DNA from: Myxococcota bacterium
Lineage (GTDB): Bacteria; Myxococcota_A; SURF-8
Assembly (NCBI GenBank): GCA_965140415.1
Contig: OZ223209.1
Location: 3,488,001 to 3,552,000, forward strand
DNA: 64,000 nucleotides
Reading direction: 5' to 3'
Below the pieces are notes generated by a model. That model was not told where the DNA came from, made no database searches, and saw only the letters and a program-made list of their open reading frames with translations. Positions 1 to 9,754 of the stretch are shown here, in pieces (position 1 is the stretch's first letter; the number at the start of each line of letters is the position of its first letter). Both the position numbers and the translations under genes were made by a program.

Positions 1-165
1 ATAGCCGAACAGCGTCCCGTCGTCCTTTAAAAACAGTGAGTAATTATGCCAGCCGTGGCGCCGAAGCGCTTCCTGCATCTCTGGCCATACCACCTTGTGA
101 TGCTCACGGTATTCCTCGAGTCTTTCCTGTCGCACTTTCAACACAAAACCAACGCGTTTCATCAT
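1..165 (-). CDS. rhaM: L-rhamnose mutarotase family protein (partial, runs off the left edge)
   Basis: Not in the ORF track. Manual translation from ATG 165: MMKRVGFVLKVRQERLEEYREHHKVVWPEM...HNYSLFL...LFGY, matching the RhaM pattern EY..H..VWPE...NYS.F. Confidence 0.85.
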   Translation of the reverse strand, partial: MMKRVGFVLKVRQERLEEYREHHKVVWPEMQEALRRHGWHNYSLFLKDDGTLFGY

Positions 166-180
166 TTCGCCTTTCAAGAT

Positions 181-561
181 CTACTGAAAGAAGAGTTGTA
201 ACTGATGGATAAATTCCGGCATTGTCAACGCCGCCATCGCCCCGATTCCGAACAGCGATGCGACAAATAGCAGCAACGCCGAGAACACAAGATGTAGAAT
301 CGCGATTCCAATGCCACCTAGAAAACCGGTCCCGAGAATCAAAGAGAAACTCATTGCAGAAAATATGAATGCAGCGATACTTCCGAAAACAGGAAGGCTT
401 AGTCCAAGGGAGTGCATAAAGGTTGCCAGAAGTAATGCGAGGAAGCACCAGCCAAAGCCCGTTCGTTTGGCGCTGACCGCCGCCGCTGCCAGTTTCAACG
501 GCAACAGCACAAGAAAGAAACCGACGACAAGTACGATCACGGTAGTCAACGTTGCAGTCAT
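181..561 (-). CDS. Small integral membrane protein (about 4 TM helices), unknown function
   Basis: 126 aa, almost entirely hydrophobic; GAAGAGGGG RBS-like sequence upstream; co-oriented between pepD and rhaM. Confidence 0.75.
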   Translation of the reverse strand: MTATLTTVIVLVVGFFLVLLPLKLAAAAVSAKRTGFGWCFLALLLATFMHSLGLSLPVFGSIAAFIFSAMSFSLILGTGFLGGIGIAILHLVFSALLLFVASLFGIGAMAALTMPEFIHQLQLFFQ

Positions 562-604
562 GAGCCCCTCTTCGTTTTATTATGCTCTATAGAACACCAA
601 GGAA

Positions 605-2098
605 CTATCCCTTGGTCAATTCCCCTTTTGCGATAGCGGATAATGTGTCCGCCAGCAATTCCCAGAATCGCTCGACACTGGGAATCCACACGCACTCATC
701 CGGCGAGTGCGGATTGTTGATTTCCGGTCCGAAGGAAACCATATCCATTCCCTCGAATCGCTCTCCGATCAGACCACATTCCAAACCGGCATGAATAGCG
801 GTGATAATCGGCTTCTTTTCGTAGCGCTGCTCGAACAATCGTGTCATTAACGCCAGCACCGGGGATTCCATATTGGGTTGCCATCCCGGATAACCATCGC
901 CACGGCGAGTCTCGGCTCCCGCCAATTTCGCCACCGCTTCATTCTGATCCAACAGCGCGTTAAGCGCGTGACTTTGAGAAGAGCGCGTACTGTTCAGGAC
1001 AAAGAAACGATCATCCTCTATCTTTGCCACCGCTAAACTGTTGGAAGTTTCCACTAGTCCTTTAATATCCTGGCTCATGGCAAACACACCATTGTGTACA
1101 CCAACCAACAGGGATTTTGCAGTAGCTGTCAATTGTGCGCTGAATACACGCTTAACAGCATCGTTAAAAGACACCCCGATTTTGAGATTCTTTTCGTTGG
1201 AGAATTCGGATGCAAACTCGGCCAGCATTGCCTGTACCGTATCGTGAACCAGATTTTCCTGTTCCGCAGGAACGCAGAGTTGCATCCAGCCTTCACGCGG
1301 AATGGCATTGTGGGCGGTGCCAGCATCAAAGTCGGCCAGCCGCAGCCAGTCATCCATGTTTCGCTGTTCACCGATTGCAATCAGGCGTTGCAGGATACGC
1401 CCTAATAGTTTGATAGCATTGCCGCGATTTTCATGGATGTCACAACCGGAATGTCCACCCATCAAGCCTGCCACCATGACTTTCAAACCGACCCAACCGG
1501 CAGGAACCTCTTCCCATTGAATCGGCAAATGGCTGTACAAGTGAGCCCCACCCGCACAACCGACGTACAACATGCCGTCTTCTTCGCTGTCCATGTTGAT
1601 CAAGACGCGCCCCGTCAACAAGCTGGGATCCAATCCCATGGCACCAGTCAAGCCGGTTTCTTCATCCACGGTAAACAGCAGTTCCAATGGACCATGCTCC
1701 AGCGATGAATCCGCCATCGCCGCCAAAGCAGCGGCGACGCCGATACCGTTGTCCGCTCCTAACGTCGTATCCGTGGCGGTAATCCACTCTTCTTTGCGTT
1801 GCATCTGGATGGGGTCATTCATGAAATTGAACGAGGTGTCGCTGTTCTTTTCACAGACCATATCCATATGGCCCTGAAGAATCACTGTCGGCGATGCTTC
1901 GTAACCCTTGGAAGCATTGACAGCCAGACACACATTGCCAGTATCATCCAGCCGTACATTCGCCCCGAACTTTTTACCTTCCTCTATGATAAAATCGCGA
2001 AGAGCATCCTCCCTTTTAGAACAATGCGGGATGTTGCAGATGTGCTGGAAATAGCTCCACAATAAGACCGGCTTCAATCCATCGATCGCACTAGACAT
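605..2098 (-). CDS. pepD: Aminoacyl-histidine dipeptidase (M20 peptidase)
   Basis: Motifs LQGHMDMVCEK, TTLGADNGIG, TVDEETGL, GGHSG.DIH, IHAGLECG, HSPDE. Confidence 0.95.
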   Translation of the reverse strand: MSSAIDGLKPVLLWSYFQHICNIPHCSKREDALRDFIIEEGKKFGANVRLDDTGNVCLAVNASKGYEASPTVILQGHMDMVCEKNSDTSFNFMNDPIQMQRKEEWITATDTTLGADNGIGVAAALAAMADSSLEHGPLELLFTVDEETGLTGAMGLDPSLLTGRVLINMDSEEDGMLYVGCAGGAHLYSHLPIQWEEVPAGWVGLKVMVAGLMGGHSGCDIHENRGNAIKLLGRILQRLIAIGEQRNMDDWLRLADFDAGTAHNAIPREGWMQLCVPAEQENLVHDTVQAMLAEFASEFSNEKNLKIGVSFNDAVKRVFSAQLTATAKSLLVGVHNGVFAMSQDIKGLVETSNSLAVAKIEDDRFFVLNSTRSSQSHALNALLDQNEAVAKLAGAETRRGDGYPGWQPNMESPVLALMTRLFEQRYEKKPIITAIHAGLECGLIGERFEGMDMVSFGPEINNPHSPDECVWIPSVERFWELLADTLSAIAKGELTKG

Positions 2099-2181
2099 CG
2101 AAGTTCCTTTCTACAGAACAAATACGGAAAAATGCATGAAGCATCTTGAAATAGAATCCGGGAACCGCTTCCCGTGCCGCT

Positions 2182-2209
2182 ATGATACCTCGAAGCACTT
2201 GCAAGTCAA
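2182..2209 (-). promoter_or_regulatory. Putative sigma70 promoter for pepD
   Basis: Minus strand TTGACT-N16-TATCAT, about 85 bp upstream of the start. Confidence 0.45.
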
Positions 2210-2246
2210 CCTCTGTAAGACTTCACATTTCGTTTTTTGCAAAACG

Positions 2247-2281
2247 AAAAACCGCCCCTCCTGGCAAAACAGAAGAGGCGG
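2247..2281 (-). terminator. Intrinsic terminator after the DUF302 gene
   Basis: Minus strand CCGCCTCTTCTG-TTTTGC-CAGGAGGGGCGG (12-bp stem with G-U pairs) followed by TTTTT. Confidence 0.75.
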
Positions 2282-2308
2282 CCTAAAATCATTACCAATA
2301 GTAAATGT

Positions 2309-2698
2309 CTACAAAGCGTCTATCGCATTTTGCAATTTTGATGTGATTTCATCTGCCATGGGTTGCATTTCGGGTTTGTCTACAAGCTTGAAGATATCCT
2401 TCGGGCTGGCAATAGATACAACAACGCCATGGTCGTCGTTCTCGTATACAATTACATTGCAAGGCAATAGCAAACCGATGTTCACATCCTGACTGAGTGC
2501 CTGGTGCGCAATCGGCGGATTGCAAGCTCCCAGGATTTTGTAATTGCGGAAATCGACGTTAAGCTTGTTTTTCATGGTCGCTTTCACATCGATTTCGGTA
2601 ATCACTCCGAATCCCTGCGCTTTCAAAGCCTCGCCAACCTTGCTTAAAGCTGTATCGAATTCGACAGCCCCCAAATTCTTCGTCATTGTATGTTCCAT
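2309..2698 (-). CDS. DUF302 domain protein
   Basis: GFGVITEIDV, Y.ILGACNP, IGLLLPCNVIVYE signature; GGAG RBS upstream. Confidence 0.9.
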   Translation of the reverse strand: MEHTMTKNLGAVEFDTALSKVGEALKAQGFGVITEIDVKATMKNKLNVDFRNYKILGACNPPIAHQALSQDVNIGLLLPCNVIVYENDDHGVVVSIASPKDIFKLVDKPEMQPMADEITSKLQNAIDAL

Positions 2699-2802
2699 TT
2701 TACAGCTCCTTTAAAAAGGGATTGAAGTTATGTCTTTCTGCATTTCTGGATACGAGTAGCAGTCGAATTATTCCAGTTCGCCTCCACAAATACTCCAATC
2801 TC

Positions 2803-5520
2803 TCATTTTTTCGGCGGCAACCTGGAAAGAATCGGTCTAAGTCTCGGGTAAACCTCGGCGAGAGCCGGGATCACCCATTCATATTTTTGGGGAATCTCCA
2901 ATACTGACGGATACTGAAAAGAGTTACTGTATCTCTTGCTCATGTAATAGGAAACACTTAATTTTCCCTTGTTATTTCCATCTTTTGCAATCCGAATCGC
3001 TTTGGAGGGGATTTTGCCGGAGAATGGAAGCCCATTCACTGCATCGAAAAACCATCCTCTTTTTTCAAACTCACCGAGAACCAGAAAAAGCCGACTTTCA
3101 TCTCTCCCATTCGGAGTCAGCAAAAACCTGAAGGTCGTAGCCTGGATGCTTTCCGGCCCCCAAAAGGGACTCTTCATTTTAATCGCTTTGGGATAACTCT
3201 CCCGTTCCCATCTTTGGATGTAACTCATACTACTTTCTCGCTTGCAATCTTCCGTGTTGAGTGAAAACATATGGAAGTTTCCCATTTCCCATACAAATCC
3301 GTTTGTATCGGACTTTGTTTTAAATACCTCATAGAAATCAAAATACTTCCTACTAACCTCCACATCCTGTCGAAAAAGCCAAGGTTCTATAGGTATGATC
3401 ACAACTGCACGCCCTCGCCTGCTTGGTAAAACGATCACTTCTTCCGGCAAGTTGCTTGGCAATTTCTCAGAGGAAACCCTAAGAATCAAAAGATCTCGAT
3501 TATCACCCACAATTTTATCGCAGTTTGCCTTCGGCTCCGGCTCAAACTGAAGTAACCCTTGAATAAAATAAGGTTGGCTGATTGTCCTGACTCGTTTACT
3601 TAACTCCGAATAGCTATACCCTTTTTCATATAGATATGTAGCCACCAATTCAAGATCCGGCATTGTCCAGCGTGTTTTGGCCTCGTGAATAAAAACACCA
3701 ACATTCAACAGGACGAAGTAAGAGAAAAACGCTAACAAAGGGATCACATTCACGACGGGACGGAAGAAATAGCTTGAGGATGCTCCCATCAATAACGCCA
3801 TCCTTGCAATGAGAACCATTGTGAGTCGTGCCGCCAGAATAGACAACCCAGGTAAGACAGGTTGCAGATAATACAAATAGAAGTGATGTCGCTCAATGAC
3901 CGCAAGGCTCACAAGAACAATACACACAGTCAGGGTCACTCCACCTGTGAAAGCCATTGGTCCGATATCACGGTAGTGATTTCTGATTCGGGAACGAAAG
4001 AACACTCCAATCCCAACCAATAGAGTGAAAAAGGATCCCAAGTACGCCAAATAACCATTGAGAGCGAACCATTTTATGTTTGTAATGTTTGCACTTAGAG
4101 ATGTAAACATTGAGAGTTCGGAGAAAATGACAGCTGCGACAAGCGTGGAAAAAAAAGGGCGCTTGGCAAAAAGGATCGTAGTCAATACCAATGCAGGAAA
4201 CAGAATGGAATTGACGATGTGCATTTCCGTTGCGAGAAACAGAGAGAAAGCTGCTAAAATGGCATGAACCATTTTCCCTGTTCGAATATGAAGGAATATA
4301 AATAGGTATACGAGGAAAATGAAAAAGAATGAAATTGTATCATTCCACAAAATGGGATAATTCATAACGATCAGGTTAAAAATTAAAAAGTAAAAAGTAG
4401 CCGTTAGTGCACTGCGGCGAGACAAGAAAAAGATGAAAGTGAAATAACAAAGCATCGCGCCTGCACCATAGACCAGATTGACTAGGATGTGGATCTGGCT
4501 GCTTGTCAATCCAAGTTCAATGCTCCACATAAATAAGTAAACGGGTAAAGCACCCATCTCTATCGTTTTAAATTCGGATCTGGGGCCTGATTGATAACAA
4601 TTGTTATAAACGAGACAATCCTTGGCCCAAATAAAATACTCTGTCGTGTCGTTATACAATGGTGGCTCAAATCCAAGAACAGTCAAAAACAAAAAGACTA
4701 AAAACGCCAGTAGAAAACCCACCCATATATGGTGCCAAATCGTTGTCGAATCCCATTGTGAAACCACATCACCAGAGTAAAATCTAAACCCGAACCAGTA
4801 ATTAAAGCGTTTCCCGATCTCTACAAAACTCTGCGACAATAGTAAGAAATGTCCTGCCAACACTTGTTCAACGTTTTGAACGGTAAGGCGAGATCGAATC
4901 AGCAGAAACAGACAGACAAGAGCAAAATACACGAAAAAAGAGTATGAAATCCAACGAACAGCATGAAATACTTTCGTCATACTTCTTTTTGGAATACTTG
5001 CCAGTTTTTCTCGGACTTCAAACTTCTTAGGCTGGCTCACATCGAAAGTCGGGTTGCGATCGAAACTCGCGCTTGGTTTCCGATTTACCTTCTCACTCAC
5101 AAGTAAAACAAACGGAAAACGGGACTCCCACTCCGAAAGCGTATTACGTACTGATATCAGAAGTTCATCGGGTGGATTCGTCCCTGGAGCCGGCTGTACT
5201 TTATGTGTTCTCGTGCTCCATTGATCGGCTTTTCCAGATTTATTGAATACGACTTCAACGGTAGACGATTGCTTTTGATTTGTACATTGAATGCGCAGGT
5301 ATTCCGGCTTTCGTTTGATCTCGGTGACGGTCCATTGCTGGTCAAATACATCTCCGATAGCAAAGGGGATCCCTTCACTAAATTCATTATCAGCCCAAGC
5401 AGAAACCGCAAATAATGAGATAAAAAGCACACTCACGAACATGCCACATAAGCAACACAACCGCATCCACAAAAAAGACGTGGCTTCGTTTTCCCCCATT
5501 TTTCTTAAACCTGTTACCAT
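2803..5520 (-). CDS. Large polytopic membrane protein, probable GT-C (ArnT/PMT-like) glycosyltransferase with N- and C-terminal extracytoplasmic domains
   Basis: 905 aa; signal-like N-terminus, soluble domain, about 12 TM helices, loop PPLYNDTTEYF..A...GP after an early TM, Y.YYLQP late motif, soluble C-terminal domain. Confidence 0.65.
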   Translation of the reverse strand: MVTGLRKMGENEATSFLWMRLCCLCGMFVSVLFISLFAVSAWADNEFSEGIPFAIGDVFDQQWTVTEIKRKPEYLRIQCTNQKQSSTVEVVFNKSGKADQWSTRTHKVQPAPGTNPPDELLISVRNTLSEWESRFPFVLLVSEKVNRKPSASFDRNPTFDVSQPKKFEVREKLASIPKRSMTKVFHAVRWISYSFFVYFALVCLFLLIRSRLTVQNVEQVLAGHFLLLSQSFVEIGKRFNYWFGFRFYSGDVVSQWDSTTIWHHIWVGFLLAFLVFLFLTVLGFEPPLYNDTTEYFIWAKDCLVYNNCYQSGPRSEFKTIEMGALPVYLFMWSIELGLTSSQIHILVNLVYGAGAMLCYFTFIFFLSRRSALTATFYFLIFNLIVMNYPILWNDTISFFFIFLVYLFIFLHIRTGKMVHAILAAFSLFLATEMHIVNSILFPALVLTTILFAKRPFFSTLVAAVIFSELSMFTSLSANITNIKWFALNGYLAYLGSFFTLLVGIGVFFRSRIRNHYRDIGPMAFTGGVTLTVCIVLVSLAVIERHHFYLYYLQPVLPGLSILAARLTMVLIARMALLMGASSSYFFRPVVNVIPLLAFFSYFVLLNVGVFIHEAKTRWTMPDLELVATYLYEKGYSYSELSKRVRTISQPYFIQGLLQFEPEPKANCDKIVGDNRDLLILRVSSEKLPSNLPEEVIVLPSRRGRAVVIIPIEPWLFRQDVEVSRKYFDFYEVFKTKSDTNGFVWEMGNFHMFSLNTEDCKRESSMSYIQRWERESYPKAIKMKSPFWGPESIQATTFRFLLTPNGRDESRLFLVLGEFEKRGWFFDAVNGLPFSGKIPSKAIRIAKDGNNKGKLSVSYYMSKRYSNSFQYPSVLEIPQKYEWVIPALAEVYPRLRPILSRLPPKK

Positions 5521-5583
5521 ACCAGAAATAACCCCTAATACGAGCCCCCGCTCGTCCCCCGGTTTACAGAAACCATCACCAAA

Positions 5584-7095
5584 TCATTCCCGATCCTTTA
5601 AGAATTTGCGCCCTCCATTCTTGGCAGAACTTAAAATAAATAACAGCGATTTCATAAGTAACCTAAATTCACCACTAGAATTTTGCCACAACATGTATGG
5701 CAATCTTTTACGGATATAACGCAGTACATATCCCGGATTCAAATAGAAGGTTCGATAAAAATGCTTAAAAAATCGTTTAACTTCCTTGTCGTCTACAGCA
5801 GACAAATTTATGGAGAAAGCGTTGTAGTGTGAGAATACCCGATCCGGATCCTGCCCGTTCATGTATTCTATCCACGCCCTTGAACCGGGATAAGGAGTAA
5901 AATAGGCCAACTGGATCATCATTGGTTTCAACTTCAACGCCAACGCAAGAGTTTCTTCCATCTGCTCCAGAGTCTCACCCGGACTACCGATCATGAAATA
6001 CAATGTAAGGTTGATTTTGGTTTTTCTAAGAAGCGCGATATTGTTTTCGATGATGCGGCGGGGAAGCGAATTGCCTTTGATTCGGGCACGCACGTCATCG
6101 TTACCGGATTCGATTCCCATACACAGTCCACGACAACCCGCCTTCTCCATCTTTTCGATCATCGCCTCGGTCAAGGTCGCCATGTGCGTTTGGGCGGTCC
6201 AGTATATTTTCAGACCACGGGAGATAATCTCATCGCATATCGCCAAGGTACGCTCTTCAGAAAGAGAAAACTCATCGTCTTCGAAAGCAAACGCATTGCA
6301 TCCATGCTGCTGCAACAAACTCTCAATCAGATCAGCAACATAGCTTGGAGAATGGCTGCGATAGGTTTGACCACAAGACTTTCGCAATGTTGGAGAACAG
6401 AAGAGACAATCATACGGACAACCTCGACTGCTTAAGATCCATCCCCAACGAACTTTTCCTTTGATCGGCACAAACGAAGATTGCTTGGAATATGCATCGA
6501 GATCGAAAAGATCGTACTTCGGAAACGGCAGAGAATCCAAATCCTCCAGCAGTTGCTGATCGGCATTGTCAACCACACACTGCTCAGACGAATCGTAATA
6601 GCTTAATCCATCGATACTCGACCATTCGCTTTTATTTTCCAAATGGCTGGCCAAACGTGTCAGGATAATTTCCGGTTCTCCACGAACACACGCACAGAAT
6701 CCTACATCCGGTAGCAGTAGACGATGAGGAAAAGCACTAGCGTATTGACCGAATGCAACGACCGGCAGATCGCTTCCCAGCTTTTCATGAATGGCATTGC
6801 AAATAGCGATTGCCCGGTCCCGATTTAACGAATCGACATGGAGTACGATCAACTCCGGTTTCAAATCCGCCAACTCTTCCAGAATTTCTCGATTATTTCG
6901 CGGCTTAGCCCATACATCCATCACCAAGACACGCTGCCCGGACTCTTCAAGACAAGCAGTGGAAATAGCAATACTTAACGGAAGTTGACATTCTTGCGGG
7001 TGGGCAATCAATTCCCCGCCATGCGGCGGCAAACGCAGAAAAACGCACTTAAGCCCTTTTGATCGACCTAATGTATTCTCGTTCACAAAACTCAT
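5584..7095 (-). CDS. B12-binding domain radical SAM protein
   Basis: N-terminal B12-binding-like domain (PLSIA..ACLE, GEPE), SSRGCPYDCLFC, FEDDEF, MGIESG, FMIGSPGET, TPYPGS. Confidence 0.92.
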   Translation of the reverse strand: MSFVNENTLGRSKGLKCVFLRLPPHGGELIAHPQECQLPLSIAISTACLEESGQRVLVMDVWAKPRNNREILEELADLKPELIVLHVDSLNRDRAIAICNAIHEKLGSDLPVVAFGQYASAFPHRLLLPDVGFCACVRGEPEIILTRLASHLENKSEWSSIDGLSYYDSSEQCVVDNADQQLLEDLDSLPFPKYDLFDLDAYSKQSSFVPIKGKVRWGWILSSRGCPYDCLFCSPTLRKSCGQTYRSHSPSYVADLIESLLQQHGCNAFAFEDDEFSLSEERTLAICDEIISRGLKIYWTAQTHMATLTEAMIEKMEKAGCRGLCMGIESGNDDVRARIKGNSLPRRIIENNIALLRKTKINLTLYFMIGSPGETLEQMEETLALALKLKPMMIQLAYFTPYPGSRAWIEYMNGQDPDRVFSHYNAFSINLSAVDDKEVKRFFKHFYRTFYLNPGYVLRYIRKRLPYMLWQNSSGEFRLLMKSLLFILSSAKNGGRKFLKDRE

Positions 7096-7378
7096 TAAAC
7101 CACTGTCACCTTCCTAAACGGCCCAGCGTTTACGGAAGCGCCCCTGTTTTTCCCCATTTAATCAATGCCGTTACCCCACGGCATACAATCTCAAGGATAT
7201 CATACTTCGACAACCAATTAGAAATTCGAACTGTTCGCACTTCTTCGATAAATTATTCCCTGTCGAATCTTTTGAAAATTGAGTAACTTATCAGAAAGAA
7301 AATACATAACCTATTGAGACATCGCAATGATTTTCTTGGTTATTATATTAAAAATATAAAAAAAGAGAGCAACCTCTG

Positions 7379-8578
7379 ATGATCCCACGACGACGCATTC
7401 CAGTTTCGATTCAACATGCTTTAGTACTGTTGCAGACTCAACAACGAGACCAGTCTGCAATTACGCTTTTTGAAACAGCCTTGGCAGAGTATCTTGACAT
7501 TAAAGGGGTGGTTTGTTTCCCATCGGGTCGAGCAGCAATGCTGGCAGCAGTCCGCAGCATCCCGAAAAGCACTCGCAAACAAGTTGTACTGCCAGCCTAC
7601 ACATTGGCCACATTAGCCGATCTGATTCGCGCAGAAGGATATGAGGTCGTTTTTGCTGATGTATGCGATCACACCTATAACATCACACCGAAAACGCTTG
7701 AACCGGTGCTGTCGGATCAAACGCATATGGTTATTGTAGCGGATATCTTTGGAAACCCGGCTCCGATTAGAGAACTGCACGAAATGACGAAACGAGCAGG
7801 TGCGTTCCTTCTTGAAGATGCTGCTCATGCCTTAGGAGCGAAGAGATCAGACCAGTCCGTCGGAACCATGGCCGACGCCACCTTTTTCAGTTTCGATACA
7901 ATCAAGCCGGTGTGTGCTTATGGCGGAGGCGCATTGGTTTCAAACGATGAGAATTTGATCGATTGCGTCAAAAAACATGTCCCCACCTTACCGGAACAAA
8001 GTATGACAGTGTGGCGGCGATACGCTTCTAACGTATTGGAAAGATTACTGCAAAAAACGCCAGCCTATCCTCTTGGCATTCGGATGATGAATAATCGCGT
8101 TCTTAGAAACCGGATACTAGACCCATACCTGTTGCATCGCGACACCACTGTACCCGCTGAAGATCGAGGCTGGTTACCCGCGCAAGCCGATATCGCCTTG
8201 CAGCAATTGAAAACGATACAAGAACGAATCGAACGAAAACAAAGGCTAGCTAGGCACATCGAACAGGCCCTCAAAGGACTCATCTCGTTTCAGAAGGAGT
8301 CGCCAGACTCTGAAAGCAACCGGTATTTCCTGGTTGGTATGCCTTCCTTCGATAGCAACGCATTATCCCGTCAGTTGATCAACAGTGGGATCGATGTTGG
8401 CAAACACGAGGAAATCTGCGATTTTGCGCCACCACAGCGTGAAGCTGAATCTTTTCCAAACGCCTGGCGATTATACAACAATGCGCTCCAGTTGCCCTGC
8501 GACGCCAACCTGACGGAATCCCAAGTTCAATTTATGCTGAAAACAATCAGAAAAGTCGTTGAGAAGATTCACAGATAA
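7379..8578 (+). CDS. DegT/DnrJ/EryC1/StrS family PLP-dependent aminotransferase
   Basis: SGRAA, VVLPAYT, LLEDAAHALGA, FFSFDTIKP (PLP lysine) followed by GGGAL, C-terminal LQLP. Confidence 0.9.
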   Translation: MIPRRRIPVSIQHALVLLQTQQRDQSAITLFETALAEYLDIKGVVCFPSGRAAMLAAVRSIPKSTRKQVVLPAYTLATLADLIRAEGYEVVFADVCDHTYNITPKTLEPVLSDQTHMVIVADIFGNPAPIRELHEMTKRAGAFLLEDAAHALGAKRSDQSVGTMADATFFSFDTIKPVCAYGGGALVSNDENLIDCVKKHVPTLPEQSMTVWRRYASNVLERLLQKTPAYPLGIRMMNNRVLRNRILDPYLLHRDTTVPAEDRGWLPAQADIALQQLKTIQERIERKQRLARHIEQALKGLISFQKESPDSESNRYFLVGMPSFDSNALSRQLINSGIDVGKHEEICDFAPPQREAESFPNAWRLYNNALQLPCDANLTESQVQFMLKTIRKVVEKIHR

Positions 8579-8588
8579 GCAAAGGTAG

Positions 8589-9737
8589 CTAACCGTACAA
8601 GTGGAGATCTTCAAAAAGCTGAAATGGATGGCGGAGCATAAGCCCCGGCGACATGCGTAGTGAGGGTTCGATGTTCCCCGTATTCCAACATGGTGCAGCA
8701 CAGTGCATCGTGGAGCGACGCATATGTTGCATGGCCGGACAGCACCAGGCTTCTTTCAATGTCTTTCGATGCAGGTTCAATGGTTCGATATGATCGTAAC
8801 ATCCGAAAAAACGACCATAAGGATCGACGTTGCCATAAACGAAACCGGCATAACACTCGATCTGTTTTTTGCCTTCAAGAGCATCTGGGATACTCCGTAA
8901 ATAAGGAACTGAATTGGTTGCGATTCCAAGTTTCCGTGCAAGGCTTAACACACCTTTCAGTTCGCTGCGCAGTGCAGGTAATTGAGAAGGCGAAAAGAGA
9001 AAGCGATCCGGCAATCCATTCGGACGCCAGGAATGATTCAAATTCCCATGCGCCGGGGTAAATTTGACCGACTGTACCGCCCAGCGGTGCCCCAACCGGA
9101 TCATCTGCGACAATTTTCCCAGATTGTGAGGACCGATTACACAATTGATTCCAACTTTGATATCAGGTGCGGACTGATTCAACAATCGAATCGCACTGCG
9201 AACTCGACGGAAAACTCCTTCCCCCCGTATGGCATCGTTCAAAGCCGCTTCCGGATGATCCAAACTGACAACAAGAGTCATTTCTCCCAGTTCGGCAAGC
9301 TTTTTAACCATCGATTCGTTCAGGCAGGTACCATTCGTGTTGATATGCACCGAAAAACCGTTTTGCTTTGCCCTTTCCAATAATGTAAAAATTTCCTTGA
9401 AAAGGAAGGGCTCCCCACCACCAAAAGAGACGATACGAGTTTTAAGATCGACCGCCTGATCGAGAATCGACAACCACTGTTCGGTTGTCAATGGCTCTAA
9501 GTCATCCGGGTAATGGGACGCGAAACCGCAATGTGCACACTGTAGATTGCAGGTTTTGGTGAGATCAAGATAGAGCAGAGGCATACTGCTAGGACAGCTT
9601 TTTTGACGATAGGCGTAGATCAACCCACTGTAGTCTCTCAAATCGAGAACGCGCTGGCCGAACCACGAGAGCCAATCAGTTATCTTTTGTGAAGTCGATA
9701 GGTTAGCCGACATAATACTCCAACGATTCCGGTGCAT
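8589..9737 (-). CDS. Radical SAM protein with SPASM/twitch domain (start may be 9713)
   Basis: CNLQCAHC, SFGGGEPF, INTNG, SLD...DAIRG.G, C-terminal CYAG....VDPYG...GC and further Cys (C...C). Confidence 0.9.
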   Translation of the reverse strand: MHRNRWSIMSANLSTSQKITDWLSWFGQRVLDLRDYSGLIYAYRQKSCPSSMPLLYLDLTKTCNLQCAHCGFASHYPDDLEPLTTEQWLSILDQAVDLKTRIVSFGGGEPFLFKEIFTLLERAKQNGFSVHINTNGTCLNESMVKKLAELGEMTLVVSLDHPEAALNDAIRGEGVFRRVRSAIRLLNQSAPDIKVGINCVIGPHNLGKLSQMIRLGHRWAVQSVKFTPAHGNLNHSWRPNGLPDRFLFSPSQLPALRSELKGVLSLARKLGIATNSVPYLRSIPDALEGKKQIECYAGFVYGNVDPYGRFFGCYDHIEPLNLHRKTLKEAWCCPAMQHMRRSTMHCAAPCWNTGNIEPSLRMSPGLMLRHPFQLFEDLHLYG

Positions 9738-9754
9738 GTGCTTGACATCACTCT

